From NCBI RefSeq assembly GCF_009914755.1, contig NC_060928.1: a DNA stretch of 64,000 nucleotides. One strand, given 5' to 3'. Numbering within the stretch: the stretch's first letter is position 1; each line of letters opens with the position of its first letter. The translations under genes were made by a program, and so were the position numbers. Source of the DNA: the human T2T-CHM13v2.0 reference genome, Homo sapiens. This document shows positions 1 through 10,454 of this stretch, piece by piece. A model generated the notes under the pieces. It was given only the letters and a program-made list of their open reading frames with translations. It made no database searches and was not told where the DNA came from.

Positions 1-27
1 GTATGTGTCACTTGCTCCTGTGCCTTA

Positions 28-240
<213 letters not shown>

Positions 241-534
241 TCAAGTCCAGAATTCTAAAACAATAAAGAGGAAAGACCCTCCTAAGAGCAAGAGGTCTTC
301 ATTAATCCAGACTCCAAGATACAACACAGGGAACAGGAAATGGCCCTAAATGGTCTTTTAATATATTTTTTTTCTTAAGGATCTTCCTTGAACGAGGGCA
401 ACCATATAAATTTCACACTTGATCTTTCCTTATTTGTTAATCTGAATTGAGTATACTATTTAATGTGTTTTTAGAAAATTGGACTTGTTATATTTTCTGC
501 AATTTAAATGTAACCTATATTGAAAAATCATATA

Positions 535-842
535 AGATTTTTGTTTGTTTTTTGAGATGAAGTCTCACTTCTCACTCTGTCACCTAGGCTATAGTGCATT
601 TGTGCAATCTCAGCTCACTGCAGCCTCCGCCTCATGGCTTCAAGTGATTCTCCTGCCTCAGCCTCCCAAATAGCTGAGATTACAGATGCATACCACCATG
701 CCCGGCTAATTTTTATATTTTTAGTAGGGATGGGGTTTCGCCGTTTTGGCCAGGCCGGTCTCAAACTCCTGACCTCAGGTGATCCACCCGCCTGGGCCTC
801 CCAAAATATTAGGATTACAGGTGTGAGCCACCGTGCCTGGAG
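535..842 (-). mobile_element. Alu
   Basis: Poly-T lead, dimeric Alu reverse complement, ataagatttt-like TSD on both sides. Confidence 0.9.
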
Positions 843-1285
843 ACATAAGATTTTTCTTTAGCAGTTAACATTTTCTTAGGATAAAAATAATCTAGTAACT
901 CAAATTAATGGAAGGAAACAGGTTGATTTCCATCTCTACCTCTTACTGTGCTATCTTAAGCAAGATACATAACCCAGCATTTCAGTGTCCTCTTCTATAA
1001 TATGGGATATTAACACTACCTGGTAGGGCTGATTTGAGGGTTAGAGAATAGTATATTTTAAGCACCTAGCACATGGTCTGGCACGTGGTTTAATAAATGA
1101 TTATGCTAACTATTTACTCTTGTTAGGCATAATAAATTGGTGAGGTTAAGTTAGATAAACTAACTCTCTTCCAATATTTTTCATCCACCAAAGGATAAAA
1201 TAATAGTTTTTTTCCCTTCCTGTCTTCTATCCAATCTGTTACCTTCCTCCCCCTTCCTTCCCACCAAAAAAACCCCCACATACAG

Positions 1286-1432
1286 GAAAGAAGGTGGAAA
1301 GTTTGGTTTTGCAGAGTCTATAGCAAATCAAAGGATCACAGCATTTAAAATGGAAAAGGCCCCTATTGATACCTCGGATGTAGAAGAAAAAGCAGAAGAA
1401 ATCATTGCTGAAGCAGAACCTCCTTCAGAAGT
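1286..1432 (+). CDS. EXOSC9: EXOSC9 (exosome component 9, PM/Scl-75/RRP45) internal coding exon, probably exon 9
   Basis: Acceptor ...catacag at 1285; encodes (R)KEGGKFGFAESIANQRITAFKMEKAPIDTSDVEEKAEEIIAEAEPPSE(V), matching remembered human EXOSC9. The window itself starts on a donor-like gtatgt, probably the preceding intron. Confidence 0.95.
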
Positions 1433-1917
1433 GTATCTTTATTTGGTGGTTTTTGCAGTAACAAGATTCATAACACTTGGCATTATAATATTAGGCTATA
1501 TGAAGGATGTGTATACTGAAATTAGTTTTTGTAAACACTGTACTTTGTTAGAGAAAACACTTAAAATACAAGATAGAGATGTGAGTCATATTCTGTTGAT
1601 GGTATAACATTCAGCTTCTATTCAGTTATCCTGGAAAAAACAGATTTTAAGGACCAATTTAATTTAGTACTATAACTAAAATGTTGAGAGAATCTGTCTC
1701 TTCACATTTCTTATTAATTGCATCCATAAAATCTTGCCTGAGTTTTTTTTCTTCTTCATTGTTCAGCCATCCATAGTGTAGCTATATTAAGTTTTTTTTC
1801 CCCTAGGAACTTGGGGCACACTTGAATCAATCTTACAAGAAGAAAACTTTCATTCTCATCTTCAACAGTTCATCAAATAGCAATATTTTTGTTACTCAGT
1901 TTTCTTAACTTGTTAAG
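1433..1917 (+). other. EXOSC9: U12-type (minor spliceosome) GT-AG intron of EXOSC9
   Basis: 5' site GTATCTTT (U12 consensus RTATCCTT); branch site TTTCTTAAC at 1901-1909 about 9 nt before the AAG acceptor; no polypyrimidine tract; junction restores PPSEV|VSTPVLW. Confidence 0.8.
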
Positions 1918-2099
1918 TGTTTCTACACCTGTGCTATGGACTCCTGGAACTGCCCAAATTGGAGAGGGAGTAGAAAACTCCTGGGGTGATCTTGAAGACT
2001 CTGAGAAGGAAGATGATGAAGGCGGTGGTGATCAAGCTATCATTCTTGATGGTATAAAAATGGACACTGGAGTAGAAGTCTCTGATATTGGAAGCCAAG
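1918..2099 (+). CDS. EXOSC9: EXOSC9 coding exon, probably exon 10 (acidic C-terminal region)
   Basis: Encodes VSTPVLWTPGTAQIGEGVENSWGDLEDSEKEDDEGGGDQAIILDGIKMDTGVEVSDIGSQ; donor G|gtaggt at 2100. Confidence 0.95.
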
Positions 2100-2124
2100 G
2101 TAGGTGACACTTTATGGCACACTT

Positions 2125-2310
2125 ACTATATATTACATACATATAGTATTACCGTATAGTTATATATATAATGCATAAAATGTGTGTATATTTATATTAT
2201 CACTGTATATAGTAATATATAGCATATTAGCTATATAGAGATGTATAGTGGATAAATAACATACAGGATACTATATAGAGAGAATATAGATATGTAGTTA
2301 TATATAGGGA
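2125..2310. repeat. TA-rich low-complexity tract
   Basis: Degenerate (TA)n/(TATAG)n run. Confidence 0.7.
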
Positions 2311-2607
2311 TGTAAGTATTGCATTTTTAGAGGGGCTAAATATTGTGATTTAAATTTCAACTAAATTATTGTGGCTAGCTGCAATACTAATGCTACTTTC
2401 TAAAAGAATATGCATATCTTTGTAGAGTAGTGGAACACTGGCATAAATGATAGTGATATTTTTAATTAAAAAAATTTTGTGTGTGTGTATGTATGTGGGT
2501 GGGTTTTAAGGGAATGAGTTTCTTGAAGATCTTATTCCTCCCTGCTGTCTTTTTTTTTGTAGTTTCTAGACTGAAACAAAAAGCCCATCCCATATCATAA
2601 CATATAA

Positions 2608-2800
2608 TACTGCCTAAATAAAACTTTCTATGATGATAGAAACATTAAGTATCTACACTGGTATAGCAGCCACTAGCCCCACATGGCTAGTGAACACTTG
2701 AAATGTGGCTTGTGTTACTGAGAACTGAATTTTAAATTTTACTTAATACAAAATTAAGCAGCCACATGTGGCTAGTGGCTACCATGCTAGACATCGCAGT
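2608..2800. mobile_element. MER3-like hAT-Charlie DNA transposon fossil (internally palindromic)
   Basis: gcagccactagccccacatggct ... agccacatgtggctagtggctac inverted arms. Confidence 0.7.
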
Positions 2801-4022
2801 ATTAGAACATAAAAAAATTCTATAAGTAACTAGAATACTGGTAGTCCTAGACGTTTCTTGCATTCTGAAAGCCATAGAACTGAAGTTGTTATGTATGGTT
2901 ATTTCTACTTTTTAAAAAAAGCAAATTCTTGCTGGTCTATATAATAGAATGACTTATTTTCTTACGTGGTAAGAACAGAAATCCTACAAGGAACTGGGAG
3001 CTAGGCTGGCAGGGAAAATTGAAGGTGATGTGTTTAATAGGAATGTAATGCAAATACTTCTGTTTTCAAAGAGAGAAATTATTGCTTATGAACATTACTG
3101 GAGCCTGGGCTTTTTGTTTTTTTACTTAAGTAAATAGGTAAGGAAAAAATTTCCCATTGATTGGGACCCTTACTCAAATTTCCCAGTGGTTACTTCTATT
3201 TGGTATTATTCTTCCAGAACTTGTTCCAGGTATTTATTTACTCTCTGTGCAGTGATGTAAGCTAATGCTGCATATACTTGTATAGCATTGAATATAACTA
3301 GTTGGTTTAACAATTCTCTTATTGTTGAAGATGTAAGTTGTTTCCATTTTCTCACTGTTAATATCCTTGCACTTGCATATACCTCTTATATGTTTGTTTA
3401 GTGTATTCTTCTAACAGTGAATAATATTTTCAACTGAATATAATGAAGGTGGACCTAAGCATTGGAAAAATGGAGCAGGTACAGCCTTCCTAAAGCATGT
3501 GAACAAAGGGAGAAACTAATTGAAAACTAAAAATACAAATAATTGATATGGGTTAATTCACATTTTATGTATATCATTAACTAATAAGCAGGAGAAAAAT
3601 GGGCAAAATACATGGAGCAGTTCTCAAAGTATACAATGGCCAGTAATATTTTTCATGGTCAGCCCTGACAGTAATACAAATAAAATCCAAAGAAAAATGA
3701 CATGGCATTTTTTGTTACTGTATTTTGGGCAGTATTAAAAACACCAGCAATGCCAAAGGTATATGGGAAATGGGTTCTTTTATTTCTTGGAATGTAAACT
3801 GGAACTATTTCTGGAGGAATAGAGTAGCACAAACAATTCAGTTGTCTCTACAAAAGATGCTATATACATTTCCCCCTAGCTTTTCTATTATGACATGTAC
3901 CAAATTGTCACACCATTCAAGCACCTGTAGGAAATAAGAGTTTAAAGAAACAAATGTTACAGATGAGTTCTAGAGTGCTCTAAGAAGCTGATTTAAAGAA
4001 AAGATTAAGCCTCCACCTAGAG

Positions 4023-4312
4023 TTTTATTTTTATTTTTTGGGATGGAGTCTTGCTCTGTCACCCAGACTGGAGTGCAGTGGCACTGCAACCTCCACCTCC
4101 ATGGGTTCAAGCGATTCTCATGCCTCAGCCTCGAGTAGCTGGGCCTACAAGCACATGCCACCACGCCTGGCTAATTTTTCTATTATTTTTAATAGAGCTG
4201 GGGTTTCACCATGTTGGCCAGACTGGACTCGAGTTCCTGACCTCAGGTAATCCACCTGCCTCAGCCTACCAAAATGTGGGTATTAAAAGTGTGAGCCACC
4301 ACGCCCAGCCCC
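4023..4312 (-). mobile_element. Alu, antisense to EXOSC9, hosting the cassette exon
   Basis: Alu reverse complement; the exon lies in the arm after the internal T-rich linker. Confidence 0.92.
4196..4246 (+). CDS. EXOSC9: EXOSC9 alternative 51-nt Alu-derived cassette exon ([17 protein letters not shown])
   Basis: Acceptor tttttaatag at 4195, donor CAG|gtaatc at 4247, phase 1-1 and frame-preserving; matches the remembered 17-aa insert of the longer PM/Scl-75 isoform. Confidence 0.85.
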
Positions 4313-4420
4313 AGAAATAAGAGTTTAGAACGTCTGATAGAAATAAATTCATGTAGAAATAAATTTTGCAAGAGATTGCTTAACTTTTTTTTTTTTTTTT
4401 AAATTAATAAAAAAACAAAG

Positions 4421-4499
4421 ATGCTCCCATAATACTCTCAGATAGTGAAGAAGAAGAAATGATCATTTTGGAACCAGACAAGAATCCAAAGAAAATAAG
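4421..4499 (+). CDS. EXOSC9: EXOSC9 penultimate coding exon (SIM-like PIILSDSEEEE)
   Basis: Acceptor ...acaaag at 4420; encodes (D)APIILSDSEEEEMIILEPDKNPKKI(R); donor AG|gtaaca at 4500. Confidence 0.93.
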
Positions 4500-4514
4500 G
4501 TAACAAATTTCTGG

Positions 4515-4520
4515 TTTATT
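4515..4520 (-). terminator. CCNA2: CCNA2 candidate distal poly(A) signal
   Basis: Minus-strand AATAAA (plus tttatt) about 1.17 kb past the stop, consistent with the known longer (about 2.7 kb) cyclin A2 mRNA. Confidence 0.6.
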
Positions 4521-4823
4521 TCAAATGTATACATATACTCAACACTTATAGAGGTTTGCTCTCTGGTTTTACTCTCATCTTGCCACATGACTATAAACAA
4601 AAAGACATCCCTTTTTCATTAGAGATCCATCTGTTCTGTGATTTTTTTACCTTGTGATTTATAAAAATTAGGACCTAAATCTATAATATAAACTTCTTGG
4701 ATGCCAGTCTTACTCATAGCTGACACATTTTAGATCCTACTGGAAAACTAAGAAATGCCTCTTATTTCAATAATCCAAAACTTAACATACTCTTAGTAAA
4801 TTCTTACTTTGCTTTATTCACAG

Positions 4824-4908
4824 AACACAGACCACCAGTGCAAAACAAGAAAAAGCACCAAGTAAAAAGCCAGTGAAAAGAAGAAAAAAGAAGAGAGCTG
4901 CCAATTAA
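4824..4908 (+). CDS. EXOSC9: EXOSC9 last coding exon (basic NLS KRRKKKR, stop)
   Basis: Acceptor tttattcacag at 4823; encodes TQTTSAKQEKAPSKKPVKRRKKKRAAN then TAA at 4906-4908. Confidence 0.95.
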
Positions 4909-4939
4909 AGCTAACAGTTGTATATCTGTATATATAACT

Positions 4940-5061
4940 ATTAAAAGGGATATTTATTCCATTCTGAGAACCCTGGGTATTTTTTATTCACAAATCCATT
5001 ATAAAATCTAGCAGGATTTTAAAAATAGTTTTTTGTTTTTAATGTGCTTTAAAATAATAAA
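4940..5061 (+). terminator. EXOSC9: EXOSC9 candidate polyadenylation signals
   Basis: ATTAAA at 4940-4945 and AATAAA at 5056-5061 downstream of the stop. Confidence 0.6.
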
Positions 5062-5437
5062 CCTTCTGGAGCATTTCTCGTCTGTTAATTTGCATATAAG
5101 CTTCCCACCCTCTTCCACTCCCAACCTCTGTTGAGTTTACCTCGCAAAACCTAAACAAACAGGTTTTACAAAGAGCGAAAAAGTCTGGGGAATCTCTACT
5201 GTATCTATCTCTGAATACTGTATTCAGATATGCTTAGATTAGATTATGCCCAAGTCAGCAAATTGATCCAGTTGCTTAGGAAAATGAATGTCAGAATTTG
5301 AGGGTCTGTTTTCCTAAACCTACTTTAATTTTAGAGGAAGGCTTTTCACTTCCCATTATATAGTAAACCAAGTAAACTTCTTTACTAAGCAAAATCCTGA
5401 AGAAGTTAAATTTGACTTGCAAAGTTTTCCAAATCAA

Positions 5438-5443
5438 TTTATT
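5438..5443 (-). terminator. CCNA2: CCNA2 candidate proximal poly(A) signal
   Basis: Minus-strand AATAAA about 250 nt past the stop, consistent with the shorter (about 1.8 kb) mRNA; CPE-like TTTTAAT upstream (plus attaaaa at 5534-5540 and 5610-5616). Confidence 0.6.
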
Positions 5444-5689
5444 ATCCTGACAGCTGGCATCATTAATACTTTAACAAAACCACTTAAAATTAGCCAAATA
5501 TCTAAGACAGATACATATACAAAAGATATACAAATTAAAACCATTTAAAAAGTAATAGATACCATAATTTGTACTTGGCCACAACTTCTGTATTCAGAAA
5601 TGATTGTAAAATTAAAACCTAAGTTAAAAACTGTACACCATATACTTTGAGTGATTTACATCTTAGAAAACAAAGGCAGTCTTTCATTG

Positions 5690-5738
5690 TTACAGATTTA
5701 GTGTCTCTGGTGGGTTGAGGAGAGAAACACCATGATAC
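5690..5738 (-). CDS. CCNA2: Cyclin A2 exon 8 (coding part)
   Basis: (K)YHGVSLLNPPETLNL then TAA; acceptor ttacag. Confidence 0.97.
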
Positions 5739-6095
5739 CTGTAAGTAGGGAAAAAAAAAGCATTTTTAGTAAACACTCACTGGGTAAAGGAGATCATGGA
5801 ATAATGTTTGTACTCATGTATTGGGAACTAAAAAATGCTATTTCTGTCTGACCGACTTGATGGTTTTAGAAACACTGTCTGGTCCCTGAAACACACATGC
5901 ATGCCCCCTTCCTTCTCTCTTCTCCCCCAGACCCAGGGCAGAAAGCATGAACTACAACCTTCTTCAAACACATAACCAATTTAGAGAACAGCTTCTCAAG
6001 GAGGCTATGGCAGATTCATGAATAAGGTTAAAATGTCAAAGATCTCTGAACCATAATCTAGAAAAGTAAGCTTCAATATCCAAGTTAATTCTTAC

Positions 6096-6229
6096 TTTGA
6101 ATTTTTGTACTTTTCTCTTATTGACTGTTGTGCATGCTGTGGTGCTTTGAGGTAGGTCTGGTGAAGGTCCATGAGACAAGGCTTAAGACTTTCCAGGGTA
6201 TATCCAGTCTTTCGTATTAATGATTCAGG
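6096..6229 (-). CDS. CCNA2: Cyclin A2 exon 7
   Basis: PESLIRKTGYTLESLKPCLMDLHQTYLKAPQHAQQSIREKYKNS; AG/GT flanks; 134 nt. Confidence 0.97.
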
Positions 6230-6514
6230 CTACAGAGAAGGGAATAGAGAACCCCTGAGTTTTGCTTTTAGTAACACACCAAACACAGTAAATAGTTGGC
6301 ATTAAGCTTATGTTAAATTCCAGTACTAATCTTTAACTTTTCCAACTACTAGTTTTCTCAGGCCATTATTCCATCCCTCGATCCATTTTCTACTACTTTC
6401 CCTGCCAGCAACAGGTCAGATGCTTTTAAAAAAGCTCACCTTTCAATCCAAGTTACAACTAAGCTTACTACCTAACAAACACTGTTCAACAGGTAACATG
6501 CCTTAAACAGTATA

Positions 6515-6727
6515 TAATCATCCCTCAGTGTACATGAGGGATTGGTTCCAGGACCCTTCCCAAATATACCCAAATCTGTACATATTCAAGTCCTGCAGTC
6601 ACCCTTCCATATATATGGGTTGTGAATCCCCTGAATACTGTAGTTTCAGTCCACATTTGATTGGAAAAAAATCCATGTGTAAGTGGACTCACACAGTTCA
6701 AACCTGTGTTTTTCAAAGGTCAACTAT
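6515..6727. mobile_element. MER8-like Tigger-derived MITE in CCNA2 intron 6
   Basis: ggattggttccaggaccc ... aagtggactcacacagttcaaacctgtgtttttcaaaggtcaact; TA flanks. Confidence 0.75.
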
Positions 6728-6851
6728 ATATATTTGAAGTTTTTCCAAGTAAGAACATCTAGGCAACCCTCAGTTTTGTAGGACAATTATTATTTAATCT
6801 GGCACAGGCATTTCAGTCACAAGATAGGTGTGTGAAGACCGTAATACATAC

Positions 6852-6965
6852 CCAGCTTTGTCCCGTGACTGTGTAGAGTGCTAAATGAAAGGCAGCTCCA
6901 GCAATAACTGATGGCAAATACTTGAGGTATGGGTCAGCATCTATCAAACTTAATTCTCCCAAAAA
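6852..6965 (-). CDS. CCNA2: Cyclin A2 exon 6
   Basis: FLGELSLIDADPYLKYLPSVIAGAAFHLALYTVTGQSW; 114 nt. Confidence 0.97.
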
Positions 6966-7423
6966 CTGGAATAAAAAATACTTTATGATCACAAGAGCGT
7001 TTAGAATTCAAATGTCAAACCTCTGCCTTCTAACCTAATTTTTTCCTGCCTTTGATAACGGCTCTGTAGCAACTCTAGAAAAAATATCTCACAGCCTCAT
7101 CTTTAAACATATCAATCATTTTAGTGTTTTGTTCCATCCTCATCCTGTATTTTCCCTCCTTTATTAACTTTTAAAAAACAACTCTTCTGACTACCCATCC
7201 CCAAGATGTCATCCTTAGACCTCTGCTTCTAGTGCTTTCCTGATATAGATTATCTTTTGCCAGCAGTAGGCTTTCTTCCATACTGCAGCATTAATCTCCC
7301 TCTGAATACTAAATCTCTTCACCACTGCTGTACAAAGGAACTAGGTTCCTTTACAAAGGAATTAGGGCTTACCCCTAATTATTACCAAAGAATCACCATT
7401 CAACAAAATGAAAGTTAACTCAC

Positions 7424-7631
7424 CATTGCTAAACTTTCAACTTTGCAGTTTGCAGGCTGCTGATGCAGAAAGTATTGGGTAAGAAACTGATTTACTGTTG
7501 GAGCAGCTAAGTCAAAAGTAAGGACTTTCAAAACTAGATGCTCCATTCTCAGAACTTGTTTCTTGGTGTAGGTATCATCTGTAATGTACACAAACTCTGC
7601 TACTTCTGGGGGGTATATTTCTTCAAACTTT
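7424..7631 (-). CDS. CCNA2: Cyclin A2 exon 5
   Basis: [69 protein letters not shown]; 208 nt. Confidence 0.97.
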
Positions 7632-7980
7632 CTACAATGAAAAAAGTTTTAAGTAATCAGTCCTAAAAGAGAAGCAAGCTTCCTTATCCCAGTTCTGAAA
7701 TCCCATTAGCAGAATATGGAATGAATCCAAAATCCACACCAACTGCATTTCCAGACACTTGATCATCATTTCTAGTAGAGACTGGATAGCTAATTGCTAA
7801 TTAAAAGGCCCAAATCAATAAAGGACTTTTGAGATATTTTCCCCAGTTCAGTCAAAGGAAGTAAATGAAAGGCATGAGACTTCTCGAGATGGGAACAATG
7901 CCAGAGTTCACCAAGTAGCTGAAAATTTAGGAAATACAAGTCTTAGGAAAACATGTTTCATGTTTTCATTTTTAAATTTA

Positions 7981-8292
7981 GTTTTTCTTTCTTTTTTTTT
8001 TTTTTTTTTGAGACAAGAGTCTTGCTCTGTCGCCCAGGCCAGAGTGCAGTGGTGCAATCTTAGCTCGCTGCAACTTCCACCTCCTGGGTTCAAGCGATTC
8101 TCTTGCCTCAGCCTCCCTAGTAGCTGAGATTACAGGCATGCATCACCATGCCCAGCTAATTTTTGTATTTTTAGTAGAGACAGGGTTTCGCCATGATGGC
8201 CAGGCTGGTCTCAAACTCCTGACCTCAAGTGATCCGCCCACCTCGGCCTCCCAAAGTGCTGGGATTACAGGCGCGAGCCACCGCACCCAGCC
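7981..8292 (-). mobile_element. Alu in CCNA2 intron 4
   Basis: Full dimeric Alu with poly-T on the plus strand. Confidence 0.92.
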
Positions 8293-8593
8293 TTTACTTC
8301 TTAATAAAAGAGACACTGCTTATATGCCAGAAAGTAATATTGGAAGGAAAATGTTTTAAAATTTGTAACCTAGTGTACTATATCATGTTCAAGGAATCCA
8401 GTTGGGGGAAAATTAGTGTTCTAGATTAGAACAGTTTCATCCTCCTCCACTGCCCTAAGCCCCAGCACATTGCCATCCCTAAAGTAGTCACTGACTCTGC
8501 CTGGTGTATGTTAAAAGGTCACCATTAAAAAAATCAATTTCTTCCCTAGACAAAAGGTCGTGATCACTTTTAAACAAACCAAGGTAGACTTAC

Positions 8594-8817
8594 GAGGCTA
8601 ACAGCATAGCAGCAGTGCCCACAAGCTGAAGTTTTCCTCTCAGCACTGACATGGAAGACAGGAACCTATCAATGTAGTTCACAGCCAAATGCAGGGTCTC
8701 ATTCTGTAGTTTATATTCTTCTCCTACTTCAACTAACCAGTCCACGAGGATAGCTCTCATACTGTTAGTGATGTCTGGCTGTTTCTTCATGTAACCCACT
8801 TTAGGTTTACATTTAAC
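8594..8817 (-). CDS. CCNA2: Cyclin A2 exon 4 (cyclin box, MRAIL hydrophobic patch)
   Basis: [37 protein letters not shown]...AAMLLAS; 224 nt. Confidence 0.98.
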
Positions 8818-9030
8818 CTATTGAGAAAATTATTTATAGTGTTAAAATTATTCTAGTGTAAAAACTGCAATTAGATTATTTTACCATTAATTACGAGAGG
8901 CTACATGCTATAAACTTAACTGTAGCATTAGAATAATTCATTAGTTTAAAAATTTAAACATTATCCTCTCAATTTCATTTAGCCACATTTAACAAATACA
9001 TTATACAAACTGGATTCAGAGAACCTTTAC

Positions 9031-9143
9031 CTCCATTTCCCTAAGGTATGTGTGAATATCCTCATGGTAGTCTGGTACTTCATTAACACTCACTGGCTTT
9101 TCATCTTCTAATACAATTGACATGTCCATAGTATGTGGTGACT
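9031..9143 (-). CDS. CCNA2: Cyclin A2 exon 3
   Basis: (E)SPHTMDMSIVLEDEKPVSVNEVPDYHEDIHTYLREME; 113 nt. Confidence 0.97.
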
Positions 9144-10454
9144 CTGGGACAATTCAAAAGATATGATTAAATTAATTGTTTGCCTATTTAGTTTAATAGC
9201 TAAAAATGACTGCCATGGAAGGAATCTCATATTAACAAAGCACTTATTTCTTCAAACTAAAAAGAGCTTCTCATGACAAAATATGTAGAATATTTTACCC
9301 TAGTCTCAGTATCTCTGTACATAGAACTTTGGAATGATTTTAGTTAATGAGGGAAAAAAAAAAAAACATATTGGTAGGCCCCTAACAGGAAAATGAGAAT
9401 CAGGTATTATCTTAAAGTATCCATCTTCCACAACAGAAAGGAGCAAATGGCATGGTGGTTCTGTTAGGACAGAACACTTTTAAAATCCAAGTTTTGAGAT
9501 AATATCTAAGATTTGTCCCAAGAGAAACTGCAGATCCCAGAGTCTGACATATATAAAGCACAAGTAGGCAATAGCTAGCATCAGTTAAATGGCCTCTATT
9601 AACAAGTGTTATTAAGAAATTAGGTTTGTTATGGGCAAATGGATTAACACTATAAATAATTTATTTTTTGTAGTATAAATTATTTTGAAGCAAAGAGTAT
9701 CATCCATTATTCCTTTCACTTCAAAGATCACCTTGAGATTAAACATTTTCTGCAAAATTTTGATAAAAACACACAAATTATTATTTCCAAAGGACTTTTC
9801 CTGCTCACCCCTCCTTCCTCACAATCAATACAACTAAAACTAAAATGAGATTGGATTTAGTGAGCTGTCCAGTGACTCAATATCCCTAGGGCAAAGAAAT
9901 AGTACAAACTGCAAAGAGCTGTTTACAGAAGCTACTTTAATACATGGGTAAGAGTAAACAGCCATGGTACAACTATTTACTTGTAGGAGGAAAAGTGTCA
10001 CTTTCTGGTATCAGATGCTAATCCAGACTGGTTTTATAGAAACAAAATTATAAAACTGGAAGAGACGTTATGTAATCACAATATTTAAGACTGCATCTTC
10101 AAATAGCACTAAGTGATATATAAGTGAGTTAAATAAAACTGAAATCTATTCTCCCAACCAAGAACACATTTATGGGATCAGATTAAAATAAGCATTTAAG
10201 ATCTAATTATAATTAGATTGATGTGACTGGCAGTGAACCTGAAAGAGCACTGGATAAGGATCTTTTTGTATGTCACCAAGTCAAGTGTTAGCTGTGAGAT
10301 CTGAGATAAGTCACATCCTTTCTAAGCCTTGTTACATTAAACCTAACTCACTATAGTCAAAATGACTACATAAGACATCTTAAAATGCAAATCATTAATA
10401 TCATCTAATAATTATAATTACCGTAATTCCACACAGATTTTCCTTAAAACTTAC

